From positions 79,215 to 143,214 of the forward strand of contig RDXM01000083.1 of the NCBI GenBank assembly GCA_004292595.1: a stretch of 64,000 nt of DNA, written 5' to 3'. The first letter of the stretch is position 1. The number at the start of each line of letters is the position of its first letter. A model generated the notes under the pieces. The model saw only the letters and a list, made by a program, of their open reading frames with translations. It ran no database searches and was not told where the DNA came from. The position numbers and the translations under genes are program-made. Below are positions 29,373 through 38,596 of this stretch, one piece after another. The stretch is from Candidatus Kapaibacterium sp. Lineage in GTDB: Bacteria > Bacteroidota > Ignavibacteria > Kapaibacteriales > UBA4661.

Positions 29373-30686
29373 TTATTTTGCCTTGTGTCCACTGAAGGCG
29401 TACCACCCAATGTACGCATAGCACAACAACGGAATAAAGAAGGAATGATGCAAGCCAATCGTATCGGCTAGTTTTCCTTGCAAAAGCGGTACGAGCGCAC
29501 CACCTAAAATCATCATCACAAGCAAGCTCGATCCGTGATTTGTCTGTTTTCCAAGACCATTGATAGCTAAAGTGAAAATATTGGGCCACATCACAGAATT
29601 GAAAAAATTTACCAGCACCAACGCCCACAGCGCAAGCCATCCCGCTCCCAGCCATCCCGCCATCACCAGCACCGATGCACACACGGCAGCAATGAGAAGC
29701 AGATGCTGCGATTTCACGCGCTGCGTAATTGCCGCTCCCAGAAAACGACCAATCATTGCGCTGCCCCAATAATACGACGCATATTTTGCTGCGTCAGACT
29801 CGCGCAAGCCAGCAATTTCAGGCAGTCCCGCAAAATTGATGAGAAATGAACCCACCGCAACCTCCGCGCCAACGTAGGCAAAAATGCCAATCACACCAAA
29901 GCGCAACTGGCGGAATTGCAGTGCATCCAGCAGTTTTCCTTGATTTTCTTTATGCCGATGCGTGTAGGAATCATCACCAATTTCGTGGAGAGCGGGCAAT
30001 TTCAATATGGCAAAAAAAACCGCCAGCGCAAACAACGACGCGGCAAGCAGCATATACGGCACTTTCACCGATGCGGCTTCTGCCATGCGGTGTGCGGTCT
30101 GCTCGGCAAACGGCAATGCCGCAAGCTGGTCTTTCGTCAGCGCGACCGTAGCAAGAATGAACATCCCACCAACAAACGGACCGAGCGACGCACCGAGCGA
30201 ATTGAAGCCGCCCGCAAGATTCAAGCGGCTTGCAGCAGTTTCGGGCTTGCCCAGCACAGAAACATATGGATTCACCGCCACTTGCAGCACCGTAAAGCCC
30301 GAGGCAAGCGTAAACAAGCCAAGAAGAAAAACGTTGTAGGAAAGCATTGATGCCGCAGGAACAAACAATATCGCTCCCAGAGCCGAGATACACAGACCAA
30401 TGACAATGCTATACTTGTAACCAAAGCGAGCAACAACAAGCCCTCCCGGAATTGCCATCACAAAATATGCCGTGAAAAAAGCGAACTGCACCAAAGCAGC
30501 TTGTACATAATTCAAATCAAAAACGCCCTTCAAATGCGGCACGAGAATGTCGTTTAAGTTTGTAACGAAGCCCCACATAAAAAAAAGCGAGGTAAGCGCG
30601 GCAAAGGAAAAAGTATAGTTTTGCGGTGGATCTTGAGAAAACGACCGTACAGAAGATTCAGAAGAAGAAAGAGGAGCAGATGCCAT
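29373..30686 (-). CDS. FucP/GluP-family sugar MFS transporter (possibly NagP-like)
   Basis: FFMWGF..LNDIL, QVAVNPYV, RLNL..FNSLG, YVGAEV, FNSVMWP; about 12 TM helices. Confidence 0.9.
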   Translation of the reverse strand: MASAPLSSSESSVRSFSQDPPQNYTFSFAALTSLFFMWGFVTNLNDILVPHLKGVFDLNYVQAALVQFAFFTAYFVMAIPGGLVVARFGYKYSIVIGLCISALGAILFVPAASMLSYNVFLLGLFTLASGFTVLQVAVNPYVSVLGKPETAASRLNLAGGFNSLGASLGPFVGGMFILATVALTKDQLAALPFAEQTAHRMAEAASVKVPYMLLAASLFALAVFFAILKLPALHEIGDDSYTHRHKENQGKLLDALQFRQLRFGVIGIFAYVGAEVAVGSFLINFAGLPEIAGLRESDAAKYASYYWGSAMIGRFLGAAITQRVKSQHLLLIAAVCASVLVMAGWLGAGWLALWALVLVNFFNSVMWPNIFTLAINGLGKQTNHGSSLLVMMILGGALVPLLQGKLADTIGLHHSFFIPLLCYAYIGWYAFSGHKAK

Positions 30687-30888
30687 AAAAACCTCACGAA
30701 CAACACAAATGGAAAAAGATGTGAATTACTCGAAATAATCAGCCTTGAAGCTACGAAAGTGCAGACAATTCTGCACGAAAAATATTTTTTTGAAAAAGCA
30801 AAAAATGTATTTGCATTTATGTAAATACTTACGCAATTTTATACGCAATAATAAACGCAAATTATTACCAAAAAAAATAACAAAATCT

Positions 30889-31425
30889 ATGACTTTTCGC
30901 ATCCGCCCCGCAAGCGAAGCAGACAAGCCGCAAATGCAAGCACTCATCATAGAATCCGTGCGCGAACTGAGCAAAGCCGAATACACGGAGGAGCAAATTC
31001 AAGCCGCGCTGAATACCGTTTTTGGTGTTGATTCTGAACTTATTAAAGATGGAACGTATTTTGCCGTTGAAGAAGAAAATACAATCGTTGCCTGTGGCGG
31101 CTGGAGTAGGCGTAAAACCTTGTTTGGCGGCGACCAGTTTGCTGCACGGGAATCAGAACTTCTCGACCCCACGCGCGATGCCGCGAAAATACGCGCTTTC
31201 TTTGTGCATCCAGCGTGGTCGCGGCGCGGAATTGGTTCGTTGCTCTTGCATCATTGCGAAGAAGCGGCACAGGCGCAAGGATTCACGCGCTTGGAGCTTA
31301 TGGGAACGCTTCCGGGCGTAAAACTCTACCGCGAACATGGCTTCGTTGCTGGTGAAACCATTCAGCATGATGCAGGAAATGGCGTACTTATTCCCTTCGT
31401 ACCGATGTCGAAAACTCTTGAGTAA
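30889..31425 (+). CDS. GNAT N-acetyltransferase
   Basis: IVACGGWS, IRAFFVHPAWSRRGIGS acetyl-CoA motif, LYREHGF. Start at MTFRIRP. Confidence 0.88.
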   Translation: MTFRIRPASEADKPQMQALIIESVRELSKAEYTEEQIQAALNTVFGVDSELIKDGTYFAVEEENTIVACGGWSRRKTLFGGDQFAARESELLDPTRDAAKIRAFFVHPAWSRRGIGSLLLHHCEEAAQAQGFTRLELMGTLPGVKLYREHGFVAGETIQHDAGNGVLIPFVPMSKTLE

Positions 31426-31569
31426 AATAAAACACATCTTCAATAGTGGCACAGACATTTTTGTCTGTAAGTGTTGATGCGGGTTTCAAGCGACAAACAC
31501 AGGCAAGAAGCCTCAAGCCACTGAAGACTGATTTTACTTGTCTCACAGAGTTTTTGTCGTGTACAAAGG
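31415..31569. mobile_element. MITE family D copy 2 (inverted, one end decayed)
   Basis: The reverse complement matches 23795-23910, including TIR CCTTTGTACACGACAAAA and both REP arms (GTGGCACAGACATTTTTGTCTGT). The left boundary is approximate. Confidence 0.75.
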
Positions 31570-31613
31570 TCTCCGCTACCGAAGCCAGTTTTTTTCACCT
31601 TTCTTTTTTTGTT

Positions 31614-32591
31614 ATGGACTTCTTTCAACGCGCTGGAAAACTCGCCTTTGGTAGCTATTTACGCCGCTTGGGTGAGCAGATGTATCAATGGTCGTCGGAG
31701 GTGTATTCGTTGTACGAATTACAGCTTGATGTCCGCTATTTTCCTGTGTTTCAGTCAATTTCATGGCTGGAAAAACCGACTGTAACCGCGATTGCACACT
31801 ACGTCGGGCAGACACACGCTGGCGTAAGCCAAATTCTCAAAGAACTCGCCGCGCAAGGCTACATCACGCTTGCAAAGAATAGCAACGACAAACGCCAAAC
31901 AACGATCACCCTCACCAGCAAAGGCAAACGCGAGCAAACCCGCTTGAATACACTTATGCAGGACTTAGAAGGCGTGATAACAAATGTTTTTGCTGAGTGC
32001 GCCACGAGTCCCCTTGCGGCATTGCAGGATTTTGAACGCGCAATGCAACAACGAAATTTGGTGGAACGAGTAGAAGAGCGGCGCAAGCAGACGATGACCG
32101 ACAGCATCAGCATTTTCCCGCTTGCGCGACGTGGCTCGAAGCGTCGCACAGAGCAGCTTGCAGGCTTTCGTGCGCTCAATTATGCGTGGATTCAGGAGTA
32201 CTTCAGCGTGGAAGAATCCGACAAAAAAGCTCTCGACCATGCGGAAGAGTATATCATCAAGCGCGGCGGAACGATACTTTGTGCCGAGCGACAAACCGCC
32301 GAAGGCAGAGAAATACTCGGCTGTGTGGCACTTGTCCCGCACGACGAACAAACAGTGGAATTAGCAAAAATGGCGGTTTCTAAAGCATTGCGTGGGCAGA
32401 ATGTCGGCTTTTTGCTTGGCGAAGCAGCATTGCAGAAAGCCCGTGAAATGGGCGCTCATCGGGTGTATTTGGAAAGCAATACTGCACTGAAGCCAGCAAT
32501 AAATCTGTATTACAAGCTCGGTTTTAAGCGGCTTGCGAACTTTACGTCGCCCTACGAGCGAGCGAATATTGCGATGGAAATATGGTTGTAA
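31614..32591 (+). CDS. Bifunctional MarR-type HTH / GNAT acetyltransferase
   Basis: N-terminal wHTH (THAGVSQILKEL..DKRQTTITLTSKG); C-terminal ELAKMAV..RGQNVG..LESNTALKPAINLYYKLGF. Confidence 0.9.
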   Translation: MDFFQRAGKLAFGSYLRRLGEQMYQWSSEVYSLYELQLDVRYFPVFQSISWLEKPTVTAIAHYVGQTHAGVSQILKELAAQGYITLAKNSNDKRQTTITLTSKGKREQTRLNTLMQDLEGVITNVFAECATSPLAALQDFERAMQQRNLVERVEERRKQTMTDSISIFPLARRGSKRRTEQLAGFRALNYAWIQEYFSVEESDKKALDHAEEYIIKRGGTILCAERQTAEGREILGCVALVPHDEQTVELAKMAVSKALRGQNVGFLLGEAALQKAREMGAHRVYLESNTALKPAINLYYKLGFKRLANFTSPYERANIAMEIWL

Positions 32592-32595
32592 TTTT

Positions 32596-33600
32596 TTATC
32601 GCACTTTTTCACTCGAATTTTTCCCAAGCAAAAACATCAACGGTATCTCAAACCGCTTACTCCATGCGCGTTCCGAGTGGTCTTCGCCAATGAACTCGCG
32701 CGTTTGCCACTGCTTTTTCGTGTAGCCTTTTTTGCGCATAATCTTATCCACTTTGATTTGATGCGGTTTGTAGAGACTGTCCAGCGTCGCCGTTCCGTAA
32801 TCGAAGTAGATTATACGCGCTATTCCGCCCTGTTTTGGCGTTGGAAATTTTTTTATCATGTAGCGTTGGAAAGCGCGAGAACACGCCTCAGCATGAGCCA
32901 AATTTCGGCTGCCCACCCAATGCGTCGAAATACACGCCGCGCCACCAAAGACGCTTGGATACTCGCTTACAGCGTACATCGAAATTAAACCGCCCATGCT
33001 CGAACCAGCAACAAAGGTATTGTTCACATCAGGCAACGTGGCAAAGGAAGAATCCACAAACGGCTTTACTTCTTGCGTGAGGAATTTTAAGTATGCGTCG
33101 GAGTGAATATTTTTTGTTGGTGAAGCATTCAGCATACTGTCTTGAATCGGCTGCGGAAGGCTTCGGAAGGGCGTTTCGGGGAAATACTCAAAGGCGCGCA
33201 TTCGCCCATTATTCCAAACGCCGACTATGATACATTCCCGTATTTTTCCTTCGCGCTGCAAACGAGAAAGGGTCTCATCGGCGCACCATTCCTGCTTGTT
33301 CCACGTTATTGCTGAATCGAAGAGCATTTGCCCGTCGTGCATATACAGCACAGGATACCGCTTGCGAGGCGCATTTGTGCTGGAAGTATTCGCGCTGGAA
33401 ACATTCGCACTCGAATCGTAGCCTTCGGGCAGCCAAATGTCCACTGGACGCGACTGCACGTACTTCGACGGGAAGGAATCAATATGGCGAATGGAGCCGA
33501 AACGTGGCGTAGGAATGCGGTTTGTAGCGGTGGTGGATTGCGCGAAAAGTGGGCAATCGGCGAGAGAAAATATTAGAAGAACAATGCAAAGAAAACGCAT
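32596..33600 (-). CDS. Exported alpha/beta-hydrolase-fold esterase
   Basis: YPVLYMHDGQ, GSSMGG nucleophile elbow, DHSE; signal peptide at MRFLCIV. Confidence 0.88.
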   Translation of the reverse strand: MRFLCIVLLIFSLADCPLFAQSTTATNRIPTPRFGSIRHIDSFPSKYVQSRPVDIWLPEGYDSSANVSSANTSSTNAPRKRYPVLYMHDGQMLFDSAITWNKQEWCADETLSRLQREGKIRECIIVGVWNNGRMRAFEYFPETPFRSLPQPIQDSMLNASPTKNIHSDAYLKFLTQEVKPFVDSSFATLPDVNNTFVAGSSMGGLISMYAVSEYPSVFGGAACISTHWVGSRNLAHAEACSRAFQRYMIKKFPTPKQGGIARIIYFDYGTATLDSLYKPHQIKVDKIMRKKGYTKKQWQTREFIGEDHSERAWSKRFEIPLMFLLGKNSSEKVR

Positions 33601-33756
33601 ATTGTTGAAGGAAAATGAAATCAAGAAAGCGAGTAAAAATGCGGCGTACAGGCGACAATATAGCATGAATTTTCAGATTATCGGAATGCAAAAAAGCGAA
33701 ACAGTGCAAAGGCACCATTTCGCTCGAAAAATCCTCTACAACAGAGCAAATCTTGT

Positions 33757-34593
33757 TTAATACACCGCTCTCAAAGCCTGCTCGCGCCCAGCTTCAAGGT
33801 CTTGCTGAACACTTTCCAGCTTTGCACCGATTGTTGCTAATGCCACCTTTCCAAGTGGCACACGAAGCGGCGCAACACCAGTATTCACGCTTTGTTCAAC
33901 GACTTCGAGAATCACCGTTGCTGCTTTTTCGGGGCTTCCTTCTTGATTGCCATGCACAACTTCTTTCATGCGTTTGCGGAACGCGCCGGCAGTAGTGTCG
34001 TACATATCCAGTGTTTGTGCGGCTTCCAGAAGAGAGTTTCCAGCAAAATTTGTGCGAAAAGGTCCTGGTTCAATAATGCTGAGTTTCACGCCAAAGGGCG
34101 CGATTTCTTGCGCCAACGCCTCGCTAAAGCCTTCGAGCGCGAATTTACTAGCATTGTACACACCAAAGCCAGCAAATGCCTTGATTCCGCCGTGCGAAGA
34201 GATTTGTAGAATATGTCCTTTGCCTTGTTTGCGAAGCATCGGCAGAGCAAGTTTTGTCAGAAGCATTGTTCCAAAAACATTGATGTCAAAAACCCTGCGC
34301 ATCTCATCAATACTAGCTTCTTCCACTGCGCCAACAAATCCTGCCCCAGCATTATTGACAAGAACATCTATCAAGCCAATTTTTTGTTCAATTTCTGCCC
34401 ATGCCGCCTGTATTTGTGCGGGATTGGCAATATCCATCGTTACTGCGAATGCCTTTCCTTGATGTTGTTCGTTAAACGCAAGCGTTTGTGCGGGATTGCG
34501 AAACGTTCCAACGAGAAAATCTCCTTTTTGGAGAAGAGCCTCAGCAAGAGCTTTGCCTAAACCGCTTGAAATTCCTGTAATGAGCCAGACCAT
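33757..34593 (-). CDS. Short-chain dehydrogenase/reductase
   Basis: TGISSGLG, NNAG, YNASK. Confidence 0.93.
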   Translation of the reverse strand: MVWLITGISSGLGKALAEALLQKGDFLVGTFRNPAQTLAFNEQHQGKAFAVTMDIANPAQIQAAWAEIEQKIGLIDVLVNNAGAGFVGAVEEASIDEMRRVFDINVFGTMLLTKLALPMLRKQGKGHILQISSHGGIKAFAGFGVYNASKFALEGFSEALAQEIAPFGVKLSIIEPGPFRTNFAGNSLLEAAQTLDMYDTTAGAFRKRMKEVVHGNQEGSPEKAATVILEVVEQSVNTGVAPLRVPLGKVALATIGAKLESVQQDLEAGREQALRAVY

Positions 34594-34744
34594 AGTGGTA
34601 TTCCTGAAAAAAGTGAAAAAAATGGAGAAGAGAAATAATTCTCTCTTTCGCAAACCAAAGTATTGACGTACCATTGACGCACCTTTGCAGCGAACTTCTC
34701 CTACAAAAATACAGGACTTCCCCTACGCGAAGTGAGAACGTATT

Positions 34745-35629
34745 CTACAATTTTCGGTATTTTTCGGACATTTGCTTTTTGAACTCTAACGGAGAAAGCC
34801 CCTCTTCCAAACGAAAGAGCTTGGCAAAGTACGACGAATCAAAGAAACCCAGCATTGATGCGACTTCTGTTACGGACAAGTCCGAAAAGGTCAAATACCG
34901 TTTTGCTTCCAAAAGACTCCGCGAGCGGATTACTTCGGTTGTCGTCGCACCAGAAAGCCGCTTCACAACAAGGTTTAAGTGGTGCTGCGTGATATGGAGC
35001 GCGTCGGCGTAATCTCCCGAAGTCCAGCCGTCCAGAAAATGCTCGTCCAGAAGCCGCTTAAAATGCTTGAAAAGAACGAGGTATTTTTTGGAAATGCTCT
35101 CCTCCGCACGAGCATCCACGCAGCGTTGTATCTGGGCTACAAGCACGTGCAAGAGCGATTGCAAAATCACATCCGAAGCATCGTCGCGCCGTTGTTCAGT
35201 AAAGAGCAGGTCTATGGTGTGGCGAATGTCGGTAAAATCTCGCTTGGAAAGCTCTAGGCAGGGATTGGCGTAGAAATTATCAAGGAAACTGAGTTCAAAC
35301 AGCGTATCGCTTTTTTGCTGACGCAGCAAGAAAAAATCTTCCGTAAACAGCAACGAACCGCCGCGTAAACGATGCCATTCCTCGAAATAATGAATCTGTC
35401 CGGGCGAGATAAAGAAGAGTGAACGCGGCGTAAGAACGTATTCTTTGTAATCAATCGAATGGTTGCTGCGCCCCGCATCCGTCCATAGAATTTCGTAAAA
35501 TAAATGCTTGTGAACGTCCTCAATATCTGGCTCGTGCATTGTTTCAAACGAGGTAATTTCAAACTGCGTACGGCTTTCGGGCTGATTCATAAACTGCCCG
35601 ATGGAATACGATGGAACAAGGTTTTTCAT
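34745..35629 (-). CDS. AraC-family transcriptional regulator
   Basis: Cupin HKHLFYE..SPGQIH; C-terminal double HTH (LGFFDSSYFAKLFR..SPLEFK); directly upstream of the SDR gene. Confidence 0.92.
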   Translation of the reverse strand: MKNLVPSYSIGQFMNQPESRTQFEITSFETMHEPDIEDVHKHLFYEILWTDAGRSNHSIDYKEYVLTPRSLFFISPGQIHYFEEWHRLRGGSLLFTEDFFLLRQQKSDTLFELSFLDNFYANPCLELSKRDFTDIRHTIDLLFTEQRRDDASDVILQSLLHVLVAQIQRCVDARAEESISKKYLVLFKHFKRLLDEHFLDGWTSGDYADALHITQHHLNLVVKRLSGATTTEVIRSRSLLEAKRYLTFSDLSVTEVASMLGFFDSSYFAKLFRLEEGLSPLEFKKQMSEKYRKL

Positions 35630-35750
35630 GCACTTTTTTCTTTCGGTATTATTTGAATATTTTGCCTTCAATTACTGATGAATACTCTCTTCTGCAAATG
35701 TAATTATTCTTATTCTGCCTTCAAACATCTTGTTGTATTGGACGAAGAGC

Positions 35751-35779
35751 TTGACTTTCTGCAAAAAATCCAATACATT
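35751..35779 (+). promoter_or_regulatory. Putative sigma70 promoter
   Basis: TTGACT-17 nt-TACATT upstream of 35821. Confidence 0.6.
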
Positions 35780-35820
35780 CCTGCTCAGACAATCATTTCC
35801 ACTTGTTTCCTTTCCCGCCA

Positions 35821-36564
35821 ATGCTGATACAATCAGACTTCCACGACTATTACGATGCCGCTTTAGGCGTTGGCGGCATTGATACGGATATTGTTTTTCG
35901 CCGCTTCACGCGGACGCTTCCAGACCACGATTTGCCCGAAGGCTGGACGGATTCTCTCGGCGGAGCGGGACGTTTTTTTGGGTATTATTATCGCGCTCCC
36001 TTGTGGCAGCATGACCAGCACACAAAAACCCCTGCACACCGCATAGAACGGGAATACTTGATTGGTTTTTGTGGGCAGATTTTTTATGGAGTTGAAGTTC
36101 GTTCTGTCGTGGAAACCAATAAACGATTGTTTCTTTTTGATGATGAGATTGGCGCGTTTATCAGCGAGTACATTTCCATTCTCGAAAAACCGCATCGCTA
36201 CCCTGCTTTTAGCAATGATTCCTACGCATTATGGTTGGATGTGCGCGACCGCGTGAGCCGCTATCGCAGTACGGATGCGGCTTTGCGCCTACATCAAACG
36301 TACAACACGCCTATTTTTCTCTACCCGATGAGCGGCGGACTCGTCATCAATCCATGTTTGCGGGAATATGGTTTTATGCGGGTGAAAGACACTTTTACGG
36401 CGTTTCAGGAAGTGCAGATGTACGTGAGCGGCGTACTTCCTCAAGCCGAACATCCGCTTGTGGAAATATCTGAGCGCGATAAACTCTTGCAGCACGGCTT
36501 TGATGAGAAATGGTCGTTTCGCAATCCCGACCCGCCGACACGGAAGCAAAAAAAGAAACAGTAA
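35821..36564 (+). CDS. Conserved-looking hypothetical protein
   Basis: Long ORF with its own promoter; motifs SDFHDYYD, INPCL, AFQEVQMY, HGFDEKWSFR; function unknown. Confidence 0.75.
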   Translation: MLIQSDFHDYYDAALGVGGIDTDIVFRRFTRTLPDHDLPEGWTDSLGGAGRFFGYYYRAPLWQHDQHTKTPAHRIEREYLIGFCGQIFYGVEVRSVVETNKRLFLFDDEIGAFISEYISILEKPHRYPAFSNDSYALWLDVRDRVSRYRSTDAALRLHQTYNTPIFLYPMSGGLVINPCLREYGFMRVKDTFTAFQEVQMYVSGVLPQAEHPLVEISERDKLLQHGFDEKWSFRNPDPPTRKQKKKQ

Positions 36565-36699
36565 TTTTTCCTCACTTTCCTTGTAAAATATACGATTTAC
36601 CGTATATTTGCTAATTATGTTCATCACAAAATGTGTTTTTTTTGCAACATTGATAAAAACACTGTAGAATTGTAGGACAACTGTTCAGGATGAGATAAC

Positions 36700-38205
36700 G
36701 TGAATACCAACAACGAGATACAAAAGTTTTTAGAAACGATTGACGAATTAAAAAATATCGGATTGTTTGAGTATCGGAGCGATAGAGAATTTATGTATCT
36801 TTCGCCGAATTGCCGTGCCATACTGAATCTTTCTGCCAGTGCGAATATCTCCGCCAGTGCGCTCTTTTCCATGCTGAATGAAGAGCATCGGCGGCTCTTT
36901 TCACCGTCATCTCCTCATCCTCAGGATATTCTTCAGCCGATGCAGCCAGTAGAATGTAGCATAACAACCTTGAGCGGTGCAAAGAAATGGATTCGTATTT
37001 ATCGCAAGCGGTTTCTTGAGAATGGCGTGGTGATTAGCCAGGGCGTGATAGAAGATATTGCGCTTGAAATGATGAAACGCCTTGCAACAGAGCAGTTTCA
37101 AGACTTGTACGAAAATGCTCCCTACGGCTATCACACAACGTTTTTGGATGGTCGTATTTCGGATATGAACCACACAATGCTGAATTATCTCGGCTATTCC
37201 CTGAATGAGGCAAGAAATAGTCTGCATCTGCAAGATATTCTTAGCCCCAAGAGTTATCAAGTGCGTGTCCACTATCAGGAAAAAATTTTCAAAGAGGGCA
37301 TTCTTCGTGATTTTGAAGCAGAATTTATTCGTAAAGATGGCTCAATTTTTTATGGCTTGGTAACGATTACGTTGGTGCGTAATAATGCGGGAGAGCCGAT
37401 TGCAACACGCTCGGCAACGATTGACCTGACCGAGCGAAAAAAACTCGAAGAAACCGAGCGCAAAGCCCAAATAGCCAAAGAAGCGCAGCGCGTTCAAGCA
37501 GAATTTATGAATATGCTTTCGCATGAATTTCGCACACCGCTTGGAATAATTCTCGGTGCTGCCGACGCGCTCAAGTCCTTTGTTGCTGCCGATGGTTTGC
37601 CATTTATCACGATGGTTGAAGCGGGCGGAAACAGGCTTCTTACCTTGCTCAATAATGTATTAGAGCTTGCACAAACCGAGTCGGAAGCATCACTGGCGAC
37701 GTTCCACCGCACCGATATTCGTAGTTTCTTTCGGCATATTCACGAGCAATGGGCAACGCAGATGGAATTGCGCGGCATCGAATACGTTTTGGAATTGTCA
37801 GACACACTCCCCCAAGCCATGCTCATTGACATACCACGCTTGGAGCGCATTATGGTCTGTGTGCTAGAAAATGCGTTCAAGTTCACAGAAAATGGCTTTG
37901 TGAGTTTGGTGGTCACGGCAACATATCAGGAACAAAATTCTCAGCAAGGAATATCTCAGCAAGGCATACTCCACGTGCGTCTCTCTGACACAGGGATTGG
38001 TATTCCCGAACACCAGTTACCACGAGTCTTTGAGGCATTTTTTCAGGCATATAGCGGCACAACACGGCAGTTCGATGGGGCAGGAATTGGGCTGACGGTT
38101 GTGCGCAATCTCGTGCAGCAACTCGGCGGCTCAGTCCAGATTTCCAGCCGTCTTGGTGCTGGCACGACGGTTTCTTTAGCGATTCCTTTTCGCAAAACAC
38201 ACTGA
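36700..38205 (+). CDS. Cytoplasmic PAS-PAS sensor histidine kinase (orphan)
   Basis: YENAPYGY..RKDG PAS/PAC, LSHEFRTPL, NAFKFT, DTGIGI, GAGIGL. Confidence 0.92.
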   Translation: MNTNNEIQKFLETIDELKNIGLFEYRSDREFMYLSPNCRAILNLSASANISASALFSMLNEEHRRLFSPSSPHPQDILQPMQPVECSITTLSGAKKWIRIYRKRFLENGVVISQGVIEDIALEMMKRLATEQFQDLYENAPYGYHTTFLDGRISDMNHTMLNYLGYSLNEARNSLHLQDILSPKSYQVRVHYQEKIFKEGILRDFEAEFIRKDGSIFYGLVTITLVRNNAGEPIATRSATIDLTERKKLEETERKAQIAKEAQRVQAEFMNMLSHEFRTPLGIILGAADALKSFVAADGLPFITMVEAGGNRLLTLLNNVLELAQTESEASLATFHRTDIRSFFRHIHEQWATQMELRGIEYVLELSDTLPQAMLIDIPRLERIMVCVLENAFKFTENGFVSLVVTATYQEQNSQQGISQQGILHVRLSDTGIGIPEHQLPRVFEAFFQAYSGTTRQFDGAGIGLTVVRNLVQQLGGSVQISSRLGAGTTVSLAIPFRKTH

Positions 38206-38317
38206 CAAAACATCAATCACTGCCCGCACGAGGAAAAATCCCTGCAACCAAGATTACATCACGCATACAGGCTCACGGACTTCAAAGTGCAAAAATCAAA
38301 AAACAGCCTTCAACACC

Positions 38318-38422
38318 TGATACCATTTCGATTGTAAAATGAATAGTTTCAATTCTCCGAAACAAGGCAGCATGCTGCCTTGCTCAAATCAAAGTATTCA
38401 AAATACAGTCAAAACGGTATGA
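38318..38422. mobile_element. MITE-like element family A, copy 2 (inverted)
   Basis: The reverse complement aligns without gaps to 866-970 (about 9 mismatches in 105 nt by eye); palindrome at 38363-38382. Confidence 0.85.
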
Positions 38423-38453
38423 TAAGAGGCTCTTTAAAACGAATTTGCATTGC

Positions 38454-38498
38454 AAAAAGCCCTCAAAACAGCATATTTGCTTGTTTTGAGGGCTTTTT
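38454..38498. terminator. Terminator hairpin downstream of TPR-MCP
   Basis: AAAAAGCCCTCAAAACA..TGTTTTGAGGGCTTTTT. Confidence 0.7.
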
Positions 38499-38596
38499 CT
38501 GTGAAGTTTTGCAGTACCGAACTTTCTGCAATTTTGGAATCGCACACGACATCGTAGCGGAAATCATTTGCAGTGTGTATAAAAGTAAATGTTCTC

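Noticed and set aside
30828-30862. Operator-like ACGCAA direct repeats between the MFS and GNAT genes
   Set aside because: Short motif in AT-rich DNA with uneven spacing; cannot be distinguished from chance.
31446-31613. N-terminal extension of MarR-GNAT
   Set aside because: Reads through MITE D copy 2; the family-like start is MDFFQRAG at 31614.
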